Counted from the stretch's first letter, positions 13,746 through 26,279 are shown. The stretch: DNA of 64,000 nucleotides from Macrostomum lignano (GCA_002269645.1 NIVC01002890.1:62001-126000); one strand, 5' to 3'. Notes: generated by a model not told the origin, from the letters alone. Numbers and translations: made by a program.

Positions 13746-16143
13746 TCAAACCATGGGCTGCTGGAAGCCGTCCTCAAGGGCTTCGATATCTTCAACGGCT
13801 TGCACGAGTCGCTGTTGGACACGCGGCGTCGGGCCGCCGATACTGTCGTCGTCCTCGGTGTTGCCGACATTGTCCAGGCCGCCAGGCGAGCCCTGCCGCT
13901 TCCTGCCCCGATCGCCGACAATGAACCCCGGGTGCCGGCGCAGGTCCCGCTGCAGCTGGCTCTCCTCGGCGGCGTAGGCTGGCAGCGACTCCAGCTCGGC
14001 TGGCGGCAGTACGCCGGGCACGAATCTGGCAAACAGCTGCGGACTGGCCGAGGCGCATTCCGGACAGGCAGAGTGCAGCTGCTGGACGCAGGCGCGAAGC
14101 CGGTCGGGGTGGACCAGGAACGGCTTCTGGACAGCCTCTGTTAGGTGGCCTGGAGTGGGGATATGAGGGTGCCAGTAAAGGTCTCCTCCAGATCCTCAGA
14201 TGGGACCGTTAATATCCCTTCTGGGTCCTCAGGTGTGGGACCGTTAATATCCCTTCTGGGTCCTCAGGTGTGGGACCGTTAATATCCCTTCTGGGTCCTC
14301 AGGTGTGGGACCGTTAATATCCCTTCTGGGTCCTCAGGTGTGGGACCGTTAATATTCCTTCTGGGTCCTCAGGTGTGGGACCGTTAATATCCCTTCTAGG
14401 TCCTCAGGTGGGGGATCGTTAATATCCCTTCTGGGTCCTCAGGTGTGGGACCGTTAATATCCCTTCTGGGTCCTCAGGTGTGGGACCGTTAATATCCCTT
14501 CTGGGTCCTCAGGTGTGGGACCGTTAATATCCCTTCTGGGTCCTCAGGTGTGGGACCGTTAATATCCCTTCTGGGTCCTCAGGTGTGGGACCGTTAATAT
14601 CCCTTCTGGGTCCTCAGGTGTGGGACCGTTAATATCCCTTCTGGGTCCTCAGGTGTGGGACCGTTAATATCCCTTCTGGGTCCTCAGGTGTGGGACCGAT
14701 AATATCCCTTCTGGATCCTCAGTTGGGATTGCTAATATCCCTTCTGGATCCTCAGTTGGGATTGCTAATATCCCTTCTGGATCCTCAGTTAGGGTTTCTA
14801 ATATCACTTCTGGATCCACAGGTGGGATTGCTAATATCCCTTCCGGATCCTCAGGTGGGATTGCTAATATCCCTTCCGGATCCTCAGGTGGGATTGCTAA
14901 TATCCCTTCCGGATCCTCAGGTGGGATTGCTAATATCCCTTCCGGATCCTCAGTTGGGATTGCTAATATCCCTTCTGGATCCTCAGTTGGGATTGCTAAT
15001 ATCCCTTCTGGATCCTCAGTTAGGGTTTCTAATATCACTTCTGGATCCACAGGTGGGATTGCTAATATCCCTTCCGGATCCTTAGGTGGGATTGTTATCA
15101 TCCCTTCTGGATCCTCAGGTGGGATTGCTAATATCCCTTCCGGATCCTCAGTTGGGATTGCTAATATCCCTTCTGGATCCTCAGGTGGGATTGCTAATAT
15201 CCCTTCCGGATCCTCAGGTGGGATTGCTAATATCCCTTCCGGATCCTCAGGTGGGATTGCTATCATCCCTTCTAGATCCTAAGATTAAAGCGAAGCCATC
15301 TCTTCTAGATCCTCAGGTGGGACTGATAGCCTCTCCTACAGATCCTGTTACGACCGTATCCGTATCACATTCAGATGTCCCGGTTAAACAACTGTCTTCA
15401 GATACTTATTCCACCAAACAGATGGTTTCAGTGAATCCCCTCTCCCCTTCTCCAGACCCTCAAGCAGTTACTCGAACAGAAATCTCACCAATTAGCTTAT
15501 GCAAATGCGGCGAAACAAACTGATGAACAAAGATAGATTTAAACATGGCCATTAGAGAGTCCTCTCCGCTAGTAGCTAGCATAACCCTATTCATGTATTG
15601 GAATACGGCGAACAGTGTCGATGCAGCCTGATTGAATGTGAGAAACGCGCGCAGACAGACTTCAATGTAGTCCTTTGGCGAGTGTTGCTGCAATGTGCAA
15701 TTATAACACAAATAATAATACCAATGTTGTACTTTTTGAGACAGATGAGGCATTAAGGCCCAAAGGGGCGACCCTAAGGCAGATATTTCAGACAGGAAAC
15801 GGATCGATTAAGTAGAAAATACTTAATATTTTCGGCAGAAGAAATCCTATCGCATACTACTAATTAACATTCAAATATCAGTAGTGCGAAAGCGCATAGG
15901 ATTCACCTTCTCCAGAGCTCGCTGGCCCATGGAGCACACGTGAGCCTGCACAGCGGACATCAGGTCCTCTTTTAGCTGGGGTCCGCGCGCCGAGCAAACG
16001 CATTTGTAGACGCAAGAGTACATCTCTTCGTAGCTGATGGCGCTGCGCTCAGCCTCCTCAGATTGGGTGAACAGCAGGTCAATCAGCTGGGACAGCTTGG
16101 GCCAGTAGGTCTGGCTGTAGTCATCGTCAGACATGATGAACAT
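13746..16143 (-). CDS. CACUL1: CDK2-associated cullin-domain protein 1, intact copy, ~275 aa; exons 16143-15907, 15687-15489, 14137-13746
   Basis: Motifs YWPKL..ISYEEMYSCVYKCVC, LFAVFQYMNR and LFARFVPGVLPP..GDRGRKR match the CACUL1 pattern as I recall it. GT-AG introns in phases 0 and 1. An upstream exon cannot be excluded because an AG lies just before the ATG. Confidence 0.88.
14190..15320. repeat. Two-zone minisatellite (35-bp then 33-bp units) filling CACUL1 intron 2
   Basis: GGTCCTCAGGTGTGGGACCGTTAATATCCCTTCTG up to ~14700, then GATCCTCAGGTGGGATTGCTAATATCCCTTCCG. Repeated at 24326-25456. Confidence 0.95.
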
Positions 16144-17119
16144 GCCTAGTAGTGATGGGTTAGAGGGATCAGAATATTAAGTCAATATTTTATTTAGTCA
16201 ATAATCATAAGTTGGTTGCCTTGTAGGTTTTTAGAGGCAAGATTATTTTTTGGGATTAAGTAGGATCAGTATATTATTTTATATGGATATTTTTAGTAGC
16301 TTTAACATAATTTGCTTATGATCTACTATACATATCTTAAGAGGCCTATACAATACAATTTCATACAAAATTCTTTCAAGAAACAAGTTACATTTATATT
16401 AGGATTCTACCTCTTAGCATTGATAACATTAAAGAATTAGAATATTTAGTGCTTAGAATTCAATTAAAATATTAAAACCAAGAAACTTTTCTATATTTTT
16501 TATAATAGGGCCACTATAGTTATTTTAAGCAGAAAAGAGCAAAGTTGTTTTTATATTTTGAGCTAATCAAATAAATGTAAGCTTTCAAAGCAATAAGAAA
16601 ATGAAGAATATTGAAAAAGAATAATTAAGGATAACCTAAAGGGCTTAAAGCTAAGATACAAGTACAATTGCAATATCATATATCAAGTTTATTATATTTA
16701 GCTTACATGTATATATATACTTTTAGAATAAAATAAAATACTTATTGCTATACCAAATACATTTAATAAAAAATTATAAGGAATAATCTACAAATGGTTT
16801 TGAACAGTAGCAAAAAGTTTCCTAGGGAATTATAAAGATTTTTGACTTACTATACTATTAAAGAAAATTCTTAAAAGAAATTAGATTTCAAAGAGATTTA
16901 GAAAACCCTATTGGAAAATATATCTTTTGCAATTAGAATTAGCCAATTGTTATACTTTAAATAGACCCCTATTAAGGCTATATTTACTATAGTAGTATAG
17001 TAGGGCAAAAGAATAGGAAAATAGTAGTCTATAGAAACACTATATGGCCTAGATCTAGATGTAGAGAAACTTTAAAGGAGCTTTATAGCCTAAGATAACT
17101 TTATAGGCCTAGTATATGA

Positions 17120-18876
17120 GGCTTCTAGTTTATTGGCAACAAGCTAATTTGGCAACAACCAATTCAGCAACAAGTCAGTTTGGCAACAGCTAATTTGGCA
17201 AATGCTAAAGGTTAAGAAAGCTATATATGACACTTGTTAAAATTTAAAATATTTCCATTATAGTCCTTGCCATTCAAGTAAGGTAATTTTGTTTTAATCA
17301 TTCTGAATAACACATTTTCAAAGAGGTGCATGTACATCCCCTTGGAGTCTTGGACTTAGAGTATGTACATTTTTTCTACTTCTCTTTGCTACTTGTATTT
17401 GTTGATTGCACTGCTTGCACTTCCAGTCAAATGAAGCAACAGACTTAAGATGGCGCTGCACTCTGCTTTGTATACCATTTTTGGAGATGCCTACATACAG
17501 AATTGAATTTACACACTTATATCACTGTACATTATGTATACCATATGTTAATTGTATTTTATGAATTCTATTAGCACCAAACTTTGGTATTTGATTGGTA
17601 CATGTATAAATACTTACTGGAATTACATTTTATATGTTGCTTGTGGCATACATCACAGTAAATGGCGGCAGTGTCGCATCATTAGTGACTCTTCTTGCAC
17701 ACAATGCAGTGGTCTAAATTGTCACAATTAAAATTGAGCATTGAAAAATTAACTGAATGCAACTTCAATTTCTACTTTACCATTCTGCGTGCATTGAGCT
17801 AATATGTATCACTATACAATTTTAATTTTTATATTCACTTTGTACATTTACAGTATATTTTATAAAGCTAACTCAACATTATATTCCCTTATTCATTATG
17901 CTTTGTATAGCAGTCATATGACTTTATAGCTTTATTTGATAGCTGCACTGTGAATGAGCCTTTGAGTGGAACACAGTTCATTATGCATGTATACATGTAC
18001 ATATGATATAATGTATATAGCATATCCTATACTTTTGCAGCAAAAAGTGCAAAGTGTAAAAGACTCAATATAAACTATAGTCTGGATCATGCTAAGTGCA
18101 TACCTAAACAAAAATTTGAATAAATACAAATGCATGCCAAAAAATGTAGTGCACATCCCATTCTCAAAAATACACTAGTGTTGAGAAAATAAATGACCTT
18201 TTTTACATTGTGACAACAAATGACCTTTTTTAATTGTGCAATATACCCTTATTACCAGATAATTTGGTTGTTTTTTACGCTTCTTTGGCGATACTATTTA
18301 CAGCAGAAAATTTATACATACAAAGATTTGTTTAAATGCTCTTTTACAAGCTTGAAAAACTGGAAAGCTTGAAATTTGCGCTTAAAAATAAACCTTTTTT
18401 CATCTTTTTTCTATTTCACAATAACTTTTATGTGTGATTCTATAAAGTGCACCCCAGGTGTGCACGCATACTATTTTCTCAGGAGTAATGCACACCAACT
18501 GTGAACACCTAATTTTGGTATGCAATACCAATGCACACCCAAATTTTTGGCATATACTACATGATCCAAGTATGGAGTATAAAATACAATTCAACTAGGA
18601 TCCTTAATTTTTAGTCTCTTCAACAATTGTTCTTAGTGTCTTACATTTTGTTTTACTATTAGCAAGTGTGACTTATATTGGGAAAAGCTATATATATTGG
18701 TATATAAAGTAAAGTGTACCATTTTGTCTTATTTTGGAATTGAAATAAATATACAAACTCAATGCAATGGATGACAAATTACTGCCCTGTTTTAACTGCC
18801 TCCTCATATGTTGCCAAACTGACTATTGCCAAATTGGTTGTCACCAAGTCAACCTGTTGCCGAATTAACTAGTTCC
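17120..18876 (-). mobile_element. Non-autonomous Mutator-like (MULE) element with a decayed PHD-finger gene; second copy 27256-29012
   Basis: GG..CC termini, imperfect TIRs built from TTGGCAAC subrepeats, and flanks AGTATATGA / TATATATGA (7/9). Internal CIVC..CDVC..HIKC|intron|..WKCKQC relic with in-frame stops. Confidence 0.7.
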
Positions 18877-19590
18877 TATATATGATAGACTTAGATAGGA
18901 TAGGTCCAAGCATAGCTAAACATGTAATATAAGTAGCATATATACTTTTTCTTAGATTTAAAATATATATAATATAAAATGAAATGGGAAAAACTTACCT
19001 TTAAAATATGACATCCTATTTTAAGAATACCTAGTTTATATGCAATTATAATATAATGTAAATAAAGTAACAAAGCAATTAGGCCCCCTAATCTAAAAAG
19101 CAGTAGTAAGTCTAAGTAGTAAGTCTATAACTTAAGCTACTGGCTACTAAGCCTACTAGGGCCTATTGGTTTTATTAAATTAAATTAGAGTTTAAATAAT
19201 TCTAATACTAGTATTTAAGGAACTTGAAGTAGTAGTAGGTCTACTATTAATATTTAATAGTGGCTAGTTTAACGACTAGTCACTAGGGGGCCTAATTATC
19301 AGTTCTTAATCTATTAAGGCCTGGTATAGTAGCACAAACAGCCAAAACTCGGTTCAGGACTAGTACAGTAGTACTAAATATTAAGACCCTAACAGCAATG
19401 AAATGTGAATAGAAACTGTTGGGAACGTTAACCGAATTTAAAGCAGGCCTTTTCAACGCAATCTATACATAAAATATCAGTACTTGAAATTGCCTCCTGG
19501 ATTATACACGAGATTGATTGATGACGGAAAAGAATAGTAATAGCATGCATGTCCTTCGTCTAGTTTCTAAGAAAATCACATTTAAAATTA

Positions 19591-20042
19591 GGTTCCTAGT
19601 CATTTCGTCATCTGCCATTTCGTCATCTGGGTGTCTGGGGTGCTCACCTCGACGATGGTCACTTCGTCATCTTAATTAGCATGCACTACCTGAAGAGAGT
19701 CATTTCGTCATCCACGAATCATATTAGTTCCAACTTCAAGTGAATTAATGTGGCTATCAAACATATTTACTTGGAATCCTAATTATCCTAGTCATTTTGT
19801 CATCTCGATCGATAAAACCTGTCGATCGATCGGTTCTGCTTGCCGCAGCTTATAGTTATTAAACAAAAAATATTTTACACTAACTAAGTCCCACACAGAT
19901 TGATTGATTAATGACGAAGTATCCAGCATAGCTAAATATTTGGTCACTTCGTCATATTATTTTTTCAAGCTACTCTGCTTCTGGTCACTTCGTCATCCGA
20001 TATGACGAAATGGAAAATGGAATGACGATCTGACCGGTGACC
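19591..20042. mobile_element. MITE with imperfect TIRs and TCGTCAT subrepeats; second copy 29728-30179
   Basis: GG..CC ends, TIR 15/21 identical, perfect 8-bp TSD TAAAATTA on both sides. Confidence 0.75.
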
Positions 20043-21661
20043 TAAAATTACGGCTTCTTAAACATATGGCACAGGGTCAGGGTCTGGTCCCTGAATAAAA
20101 TAGTTTCTTGAAAAAATATTCCCTAAGGCACTAGATCACTTGTCAGCGTAATTTTAGGCCCTAGTAAGAAGTAAGGAACAAAGAGTCGCTAGAAGTCTTA
20201 TTAAAGGCTCGCTTGAGTCGCGAGTCGTTTTAAACGAAGCATATGCATTTTCGCGGTAGCTTTACCCAATTTTCGGCTCTGGAACCTTAGCCTGGCTTAA
20301 CTCTATCTATTCATCAAATTTAAAATGTTTGGCTTTGGGCTTATGCAATGCTGTGACTGGTTGTAAATATTTGCTTTTCATGCCTTGTTATTGCCTGGGG
20401 CGGCTAGTGTAGTAGGCCATAGCCCGTAGGCTGTAATGCTATTTTAACACTGTCTAAGTCAAACCTCAGTTAAGCTTAGCCTTAAGCATTCATTAGCCTA
20501 GTTTTAAATTAACCATTCAACTGTTCAATTATGCATTATTTGTGAACAACCACTACACTGCTAAGGTCTAACTAATTCAAGAGGATATTTTATGATACTT
20601 TCTTTTTCATGTCAAATTAAGTCAAAATATTTTTTATGTCAAATTAAAACTAAATTTTGTCTATTTTTGTATAAAATTTGTTTTCTTTGTCTTGAGATAT
20701 AAATAAAATAGTTGAAAATGTTGTTTTTTATTCTAAATGTAAATTTAAAAGATTAAATAGCTATATTTGTTTTAATTAGGCCTAGGTTAAGATCTAGCTA
20801 GGCCAATGAATCATGAATGTCCTCATAATAAGGCCTACATATTATTTTTTTAAATAATTTATGGATATGGGCTAGGCCTATTAAACACTGAAGCAGATAT
20901 TAGAATTTTAATTTTAGCATTATTACACTACTAGTACTAGTAGTAGGCCTACTAATATTATATTTTTACTTTTTTATATTTACAATTTAGCAATTTTTAT
21001 TATTTTGTTATATACTTCTATTCTAGCTAGATAATAGATATAAAAGTAGATAGGGCAAAATAGGTAATAATTATAATTTATATTAAATAATTTTTTTTGT
21101 AATTTTGAAATTCAAGGTGCCTAGGCTTATACCCTTTTTAATTATCTCCTTTATTCTCTTTTATTTGGCAAACCCTTTGTTGGGCTTTGGCAATATATTT
21201 TATCTTATTTGAAAGATTCTTTTGACTTTTTCTTTTTTATAGCCATTTTAGCTACTTAGATTTTTAGCCAAACAATACCATAGGCCCCATAGTTTGGATT
21301 ATATACTAGTGTACGCTAGCTTTAATGCTAAAAAAATAATGAGACTTTATTTGTATATTGGGTTTGTGCACCAATATAAAAAAATGTAATTTGACATAAT
21401 GTATCTACTCTGTTATGTATGCCAGGATATATCTTGATATACATTGAAAAATAGTAAGACCATTGTTATATGCTGGGAAATCCTAGCATTGTCACCTTCT
21501 AAACTATAGCATAGGCCTATATAGACTAACTAATATAGGCTAATATTAATTTCCAAGTCCTTTGACATATCATTTTTAAAAAGATAGTTTTTTATTCTCA
21601 AAAAAAAGTTTTAACTATATGATTAGCTACTAATTTAACAAGTTTTAAAGCATTATGACTA

Positions 21662-24160
21662 TGTAGTCTGGCTTGTTGGTGCGCGTGCACTTAGATGTGC
21701 ACGTCTGGTTTTGGGGGTTGGGGTTTAGCGCTGCAGCGTGTGCGTGCTTAGGGTGGTTACACCCACCCCAACTTTGGCATTAAATATATTGGCGTGAGCC
21801 AGAGAAGTCTCCTCACGTTTTGTTCGTCACTGCAATTCAACCCACGGTCTTACACTGGTGGCAGCGGTCTCAATATGGCCAAATCAGAGCAAGCCAGTTT
21901 ATTGCCTCCAAAGTTCAGCGGCGACTCCAATGTAAGAATGTGGCTAAGCACGTTTGAAGACTTCGCCGACGACTGTGAATGGGACGACAAGAAGAAGGCA
22001 AAGAAGCTGAGACTGCTGGTGACAGGAGAAGCGCAAATCTTCGTTTGGGAGCAGCCGGCAGACGTGTCAGCCAGCTATGAAAGGCTGAAGGAGAAGCTGA
22101 TCGAGTGCTTCGGCAACAGTCTGAGCTGCTACAGAGCAATGGAGGATTTTGTAGAGCGAAAGCGACAGCCCAACGAGTCGCTGAGGGAGCTCGCCTACAG
22201 CCTGAAGCTTCTCCACCTTCGGGCCCGCCTGGACGACTCCGTGGCGGCTCGGGAAAAGGACGTGAAGTTTCGCCTGATGCGCCTCCTGCCATCTGCCGTG
22301 AGAGATGCACTGTTGAAGGACCAGGACGCGGACTCGTGTTCGCTGACCGCTATCGTCGACAGAGCTGCGCAGCTTGAGCTGGTGAGCCACGCAACTACAG
22401 CCTCATCAGCCGCGGTGTCGGTAGAAGACAGACGGCTGAGCCAGCTGGAGCAGCAGATGCAGCAGCTGACAGCCAGCGTGCGAACGGGACCACTCGGAAG
22501 AGACAGGCGTCAGAAGGGACGCATTAAGTGCTTCAGCTGCGGCGAGCCGGGTCACATTGCTAGGCGGTGCCCAAAGGCGATCGGCAGCCGCTGCAGCCGG
22601 TGCTCAGGCAAGGGTCACTCCGCCGCGGTGTGCCCGACACCAACTGGTCAGCCGCAGGGAAACTTCTGAGGGTCGGCAGCCTGGGGCCAGCACCGACCCG
22701 CTCAAAAGGGGCCCTCAGATCAGCGCCTTCAGTCTTCGTGAAGGTGCACTTTGGCAGCGTGTCAGCGCCTGCTCTGCTCGACACCGGCGCGCAAGTTTCG
22801 TTGATGGACAAGTCGCTGTTCGACAGACTGCAGTGCAAGATCGACTCCACCGACATCGGTGCGCTGCCGACGGCCGTCGACGGATCCCGGCTGCGCTGCC
22901 TTGGCCTGTCAGCAGCGGATGTTTCGATCGGCCAGACCATCCGCGTGCGCCATCGCTTCACAGTCGTGGACGGCATCCAGCCCAACCTGATCATCGGCAT
23001 GGACTTCATCGGCGAGGTGTCGCAGGCGATGACCATTGACATTAAAGAAGGCGTCGTCAGGTTCGACAGCACAGCCGTGCCTTTCAGCAGCGAGCCGGCT
23101 CGAGCAGACTGTCGCCTGGTGCCGAGTGTCCTGGTGGCGCGTGTGGCGGCAACTACGGAGTTGCCCGCCCGCAGCGAGAAGCTGGTGTGGCTCAAGGTGG
23201 ATTCCAGCGGCGAGCAGGGAGTCTTTGAGCCGTCTGAGGACTTCGTGAAGTCCACTGCCGTCCTGCCGGCCCGCGTGCTGGCGGTCTCGGACGACTGCCG
23301 CATCCCGGTGAAAATGTGCAACCTGGAAGAGGAGCCCGTGCTGCTGTACGCCAACAAGGCGGTCGGCACGTTCGAAGGCGCGATGACAGACGGGGACGGT
23401 CGCCAGGAGGCGGCCCAGGAGAACCCCATCGGTTGGAACATGAACGCGGAGCTGCCCGAACCGGATGCTGCGAGGCTGCGACAGCTGCTGGAGAGCAACG
23501 AGGACCTGTTCGCCAGGCACGAGTACGACCTGGGCACGACGGCGTTGCTGCAGCACCAGATCGAGCTGGAGCCGGGAGCGCGGCCACACCGGCAGGTCCA
23601 GCGCCGGCTGCCGCTGTCTGTGCGAGACCAGGTGGACAAGAAGATCGGCCAGATGCTGGAAAGCGGCATCATCGAGCCGTCGACATCGCCATGGGCCAGC
23701 AACCTGCTGGTGGTCCGCAAGAAGAACGGCGACATCAGACTGTGCACGGACTGGCGGCAGCTCAACGCCTGCACGGTCAAGGATGCGTACCCGCTGCCGC
23801 ACCTGCAGCAGGCCATGGATGCGCTTGTCGGATGCTCCTGGTTCTCCACCATCGACTGCCGGCAGGGCTACCACCAGGTGGAGGTGGCGGAGGAGGACCG
23901 GTACAAGACGGCTTTCTATTCGACGCGCGGCCTGATGCAGTTCTGCAAGATGGGCTTCGGGATGTGCAATGCCCCGGCGACGTTCCAGCGGCTCATGGAA
24001 CTGGTGATGTCCGGCCTGTCCTGGGAGTCCGTGCTGACTTATATCGACGACATCATTGTCTTCAGCAGGACGTTCGACGAGCACTTAGAGAGGCTGGCGG
24101 AAGTTTTTAAGCGGTTGCGAGACGCGGGACTCAAGCTGCATAAGGCCAAGAGCGCGTTCG
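21662..24160 (+). mobile_element. 3'-truncated Ty3/Gypsy copy: 5' LTR 21662-21854, PBS, gag (ATG 21875, stop 22669), pol broken inside RT
   Basis: Gag with two CCHC knuckles (CFSCGEPGHIARRC, CSRCSGKGHSAAVC), protease LLDTGA and RT YIDD. Ends at the duplication junction. Confidence 0.95.
22657..22714 (+). promoter_or_regulatory. -1 programmed ribosomal frameshift signal between gag and pol
   Basis: G GGA AAC heptamer in gag phase, a 6-nt spacer, then a GGGTCGG/CCGACCC stem. The pol ORF is in the -1 frame. Confidence 0.8.
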
Positions 24161-26279
24161 AACAGCAAACAGCTGCGGACTGGCCGAGGCGCATTCCGGA
24201 CAGGCAGAGTGCAGCTGCTGGACGCAGGCGCGAAGCCGGTCGGGGTGGACCAGGAACGGCTTCTGGACAGCCTCTGTTAGGTGGCCTGGAGTGGGGATAT
24301 GAGGGTGCCAGTAAAGGTCTCCTCCAGATCCTCAGATGGGACCGTTAATATCCCTTCTGGGTCCTCAGGTGTGGGACCGTTAATATCCCTTCTGGGTCCT
24401 CAGGTGTGGGACCGTTAATATCCCTTCTGGGTCCTCAGGTGTGGGACCGTTAATATCCCTTCTGGGTCCTCAGGTGTGGGACCGTTAATATTCCTTCTGG
24501 GTCCTCAGGTGTGGGACCGTTAATATCCCTTCTAGGTCCTCAGGTGGGGGATCGTTAATATCCCTTCTGGGTCCTCAGGTGTGGGACCGTTAATATCCCT
24601 TCTGGGTCCTCAGGTGTGGGACCGTTAATATCCCTTCTGGGTCCTCAGGTGTGGGACCGTTAATATCCCTTCTGGGTCCTCAGGTGTGGGACCGTTAATA
24701 TCCCTTCTGGGTCCTCAGGTGTGGGACCGTTAATATCCCTTCTGGGTCCTCAGGTGTGGGACCGTTAATATCCCTTCTGGGTCCTCAGGTGTGGGACCGT
24801 TAATATCCCTTCTGGGTCCTCAGGTGTGGGACCGATAATATCCCTTCTGGATCCTCAGTTGGGATTGCTAATATCCCTTCTGGATCCTCAGTTGGGATTG
24901 CTAATATCCCTTCTGGATCCTCAGTTAGGGTTTCTAATATCACTTCTGGATCCACAGGTGGGATTGCTAATATCCCTTCCGGATCCTCAGGTGGGATTGC
25001 TAATATCCCTTCCGGATCCTCAGGTGGGATTGCTAATATCCCTTCCGGATCCTCAGGTGGGATTGCTAATATCCCTTCCGGATCCTCAGTTGGGATTGCT
25101 AATATCCCTTCTGGATCCTCAGTTGGGATTGCTAATATCCCTTCTGGATCCTCAGTTAGGGTTTCTAATATCACTTCTGGATCCACAGGTGGGATTGCTA
25201 ATATCCCTTCCGGATCCTTAGGTGGGATTGTTATCATCCCTTCTGGATCCTCAGGTGGGATTGCTAATATCCCTTCCGGATCCTCAGTTGGGATTGCTAA
25301 TATCCCTTCTGGATCCTCAGGTGGGATTGCTAATATCCCTTCCGGATCCTCAGGTGGGATTGCTAATATCCCTTCCGGATCCTCAGGTGGGATTGCTATC
25401 ATCCCTTCTAGATCCTAAGATTAAAGCGAAGCCATCTCTTCTAGATCCTCAGGTGGGACTGATAGCCTCTCCTACAGATCCTGTTACGACCGTATCCGTA
25501 TCACATTCAGATGTCCCGGTTAAACAACTGTCTTCAGATACTTATTCCACCAAACAGATGGTTTCAGTGAATCCCCTTTCCCCTTCTCCAGACCCTCAAG
25601 CAGTTACTCGAACAGAAATCTCACCAATTAGCTTATGCAAATGCGGCGAAACAAACTGATGAACAAAGATAGATTTAAACATGGCCATTAGAGAGTCCTC
25701 TCCGCTAGTAGCTAGCATAACCCTATTCATGTATTGGAATACGGCGAACAGTGTCGATGCAGCCTGATTGAATGTGAGAAACGCGCGCAGACAGACTTCA
25801 ATGTAGTCCTTTGGCGAGTGTTGCTGCAATGTGCAATTATAACACAAATAATAATACCAATGTTGTACTTTTTGAGACAGATGAGGCATTAAGGCCCAAA
25901 GGGGCGACCCTAAGGCAGATATTTCAGACAGGAAACGGATCGATTAAGTAGAAAATACTTAATATTTTCGGCAGAAGAAATCCTATCGCATACTACTAAT
26001 TAACATTCAAATATCAGTAGTGCGAAAGCGCATAGGATTCACCTTCTCCAGAGCTCGCTGGCCCATGGAGCACACGTGAGCCTGCACAGCGGACATCAGG
26101 TCCTCTTTTAGCTGGGGTCCGCGCGCCGAGCAAACGCATTTGTAGACGCAAGAGTACATCTCTTCGTAGCTGATGGCGCTGCGCTCAGCCTCCTCAGATT
26201 GGGTGAACAGCAGGTCAATCAGCTGGGACAGCTTGGGCCAGTAGGTCTGGCTGTAGTCATCGTCAGACATGATGAACAT
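24131..26279 (-). pseudogene. CACUL1: Duplicated CACUL1, 3'-truncated and fused to antisense Gypsy RT, ~192 aa; exons 26279-26043, 25823-25625, 24273-24131
   Basis: The last exon reads ..PQLFA then VRTRSWPYAA* from the filler and antisense pol. Splice sites are intact. Confidence 0.75.

Noticed and set aside
14664-15266. GILAIPPEDPE repeat protein (also 24800-25402)
   Set aside because: It lies within CACUL1 intron 2 and comes from the 33-bp array.
20396-20430. A-box-like TAGTGTAGTAGG
   Set aside because: No B-box or tRNA fold downstream.
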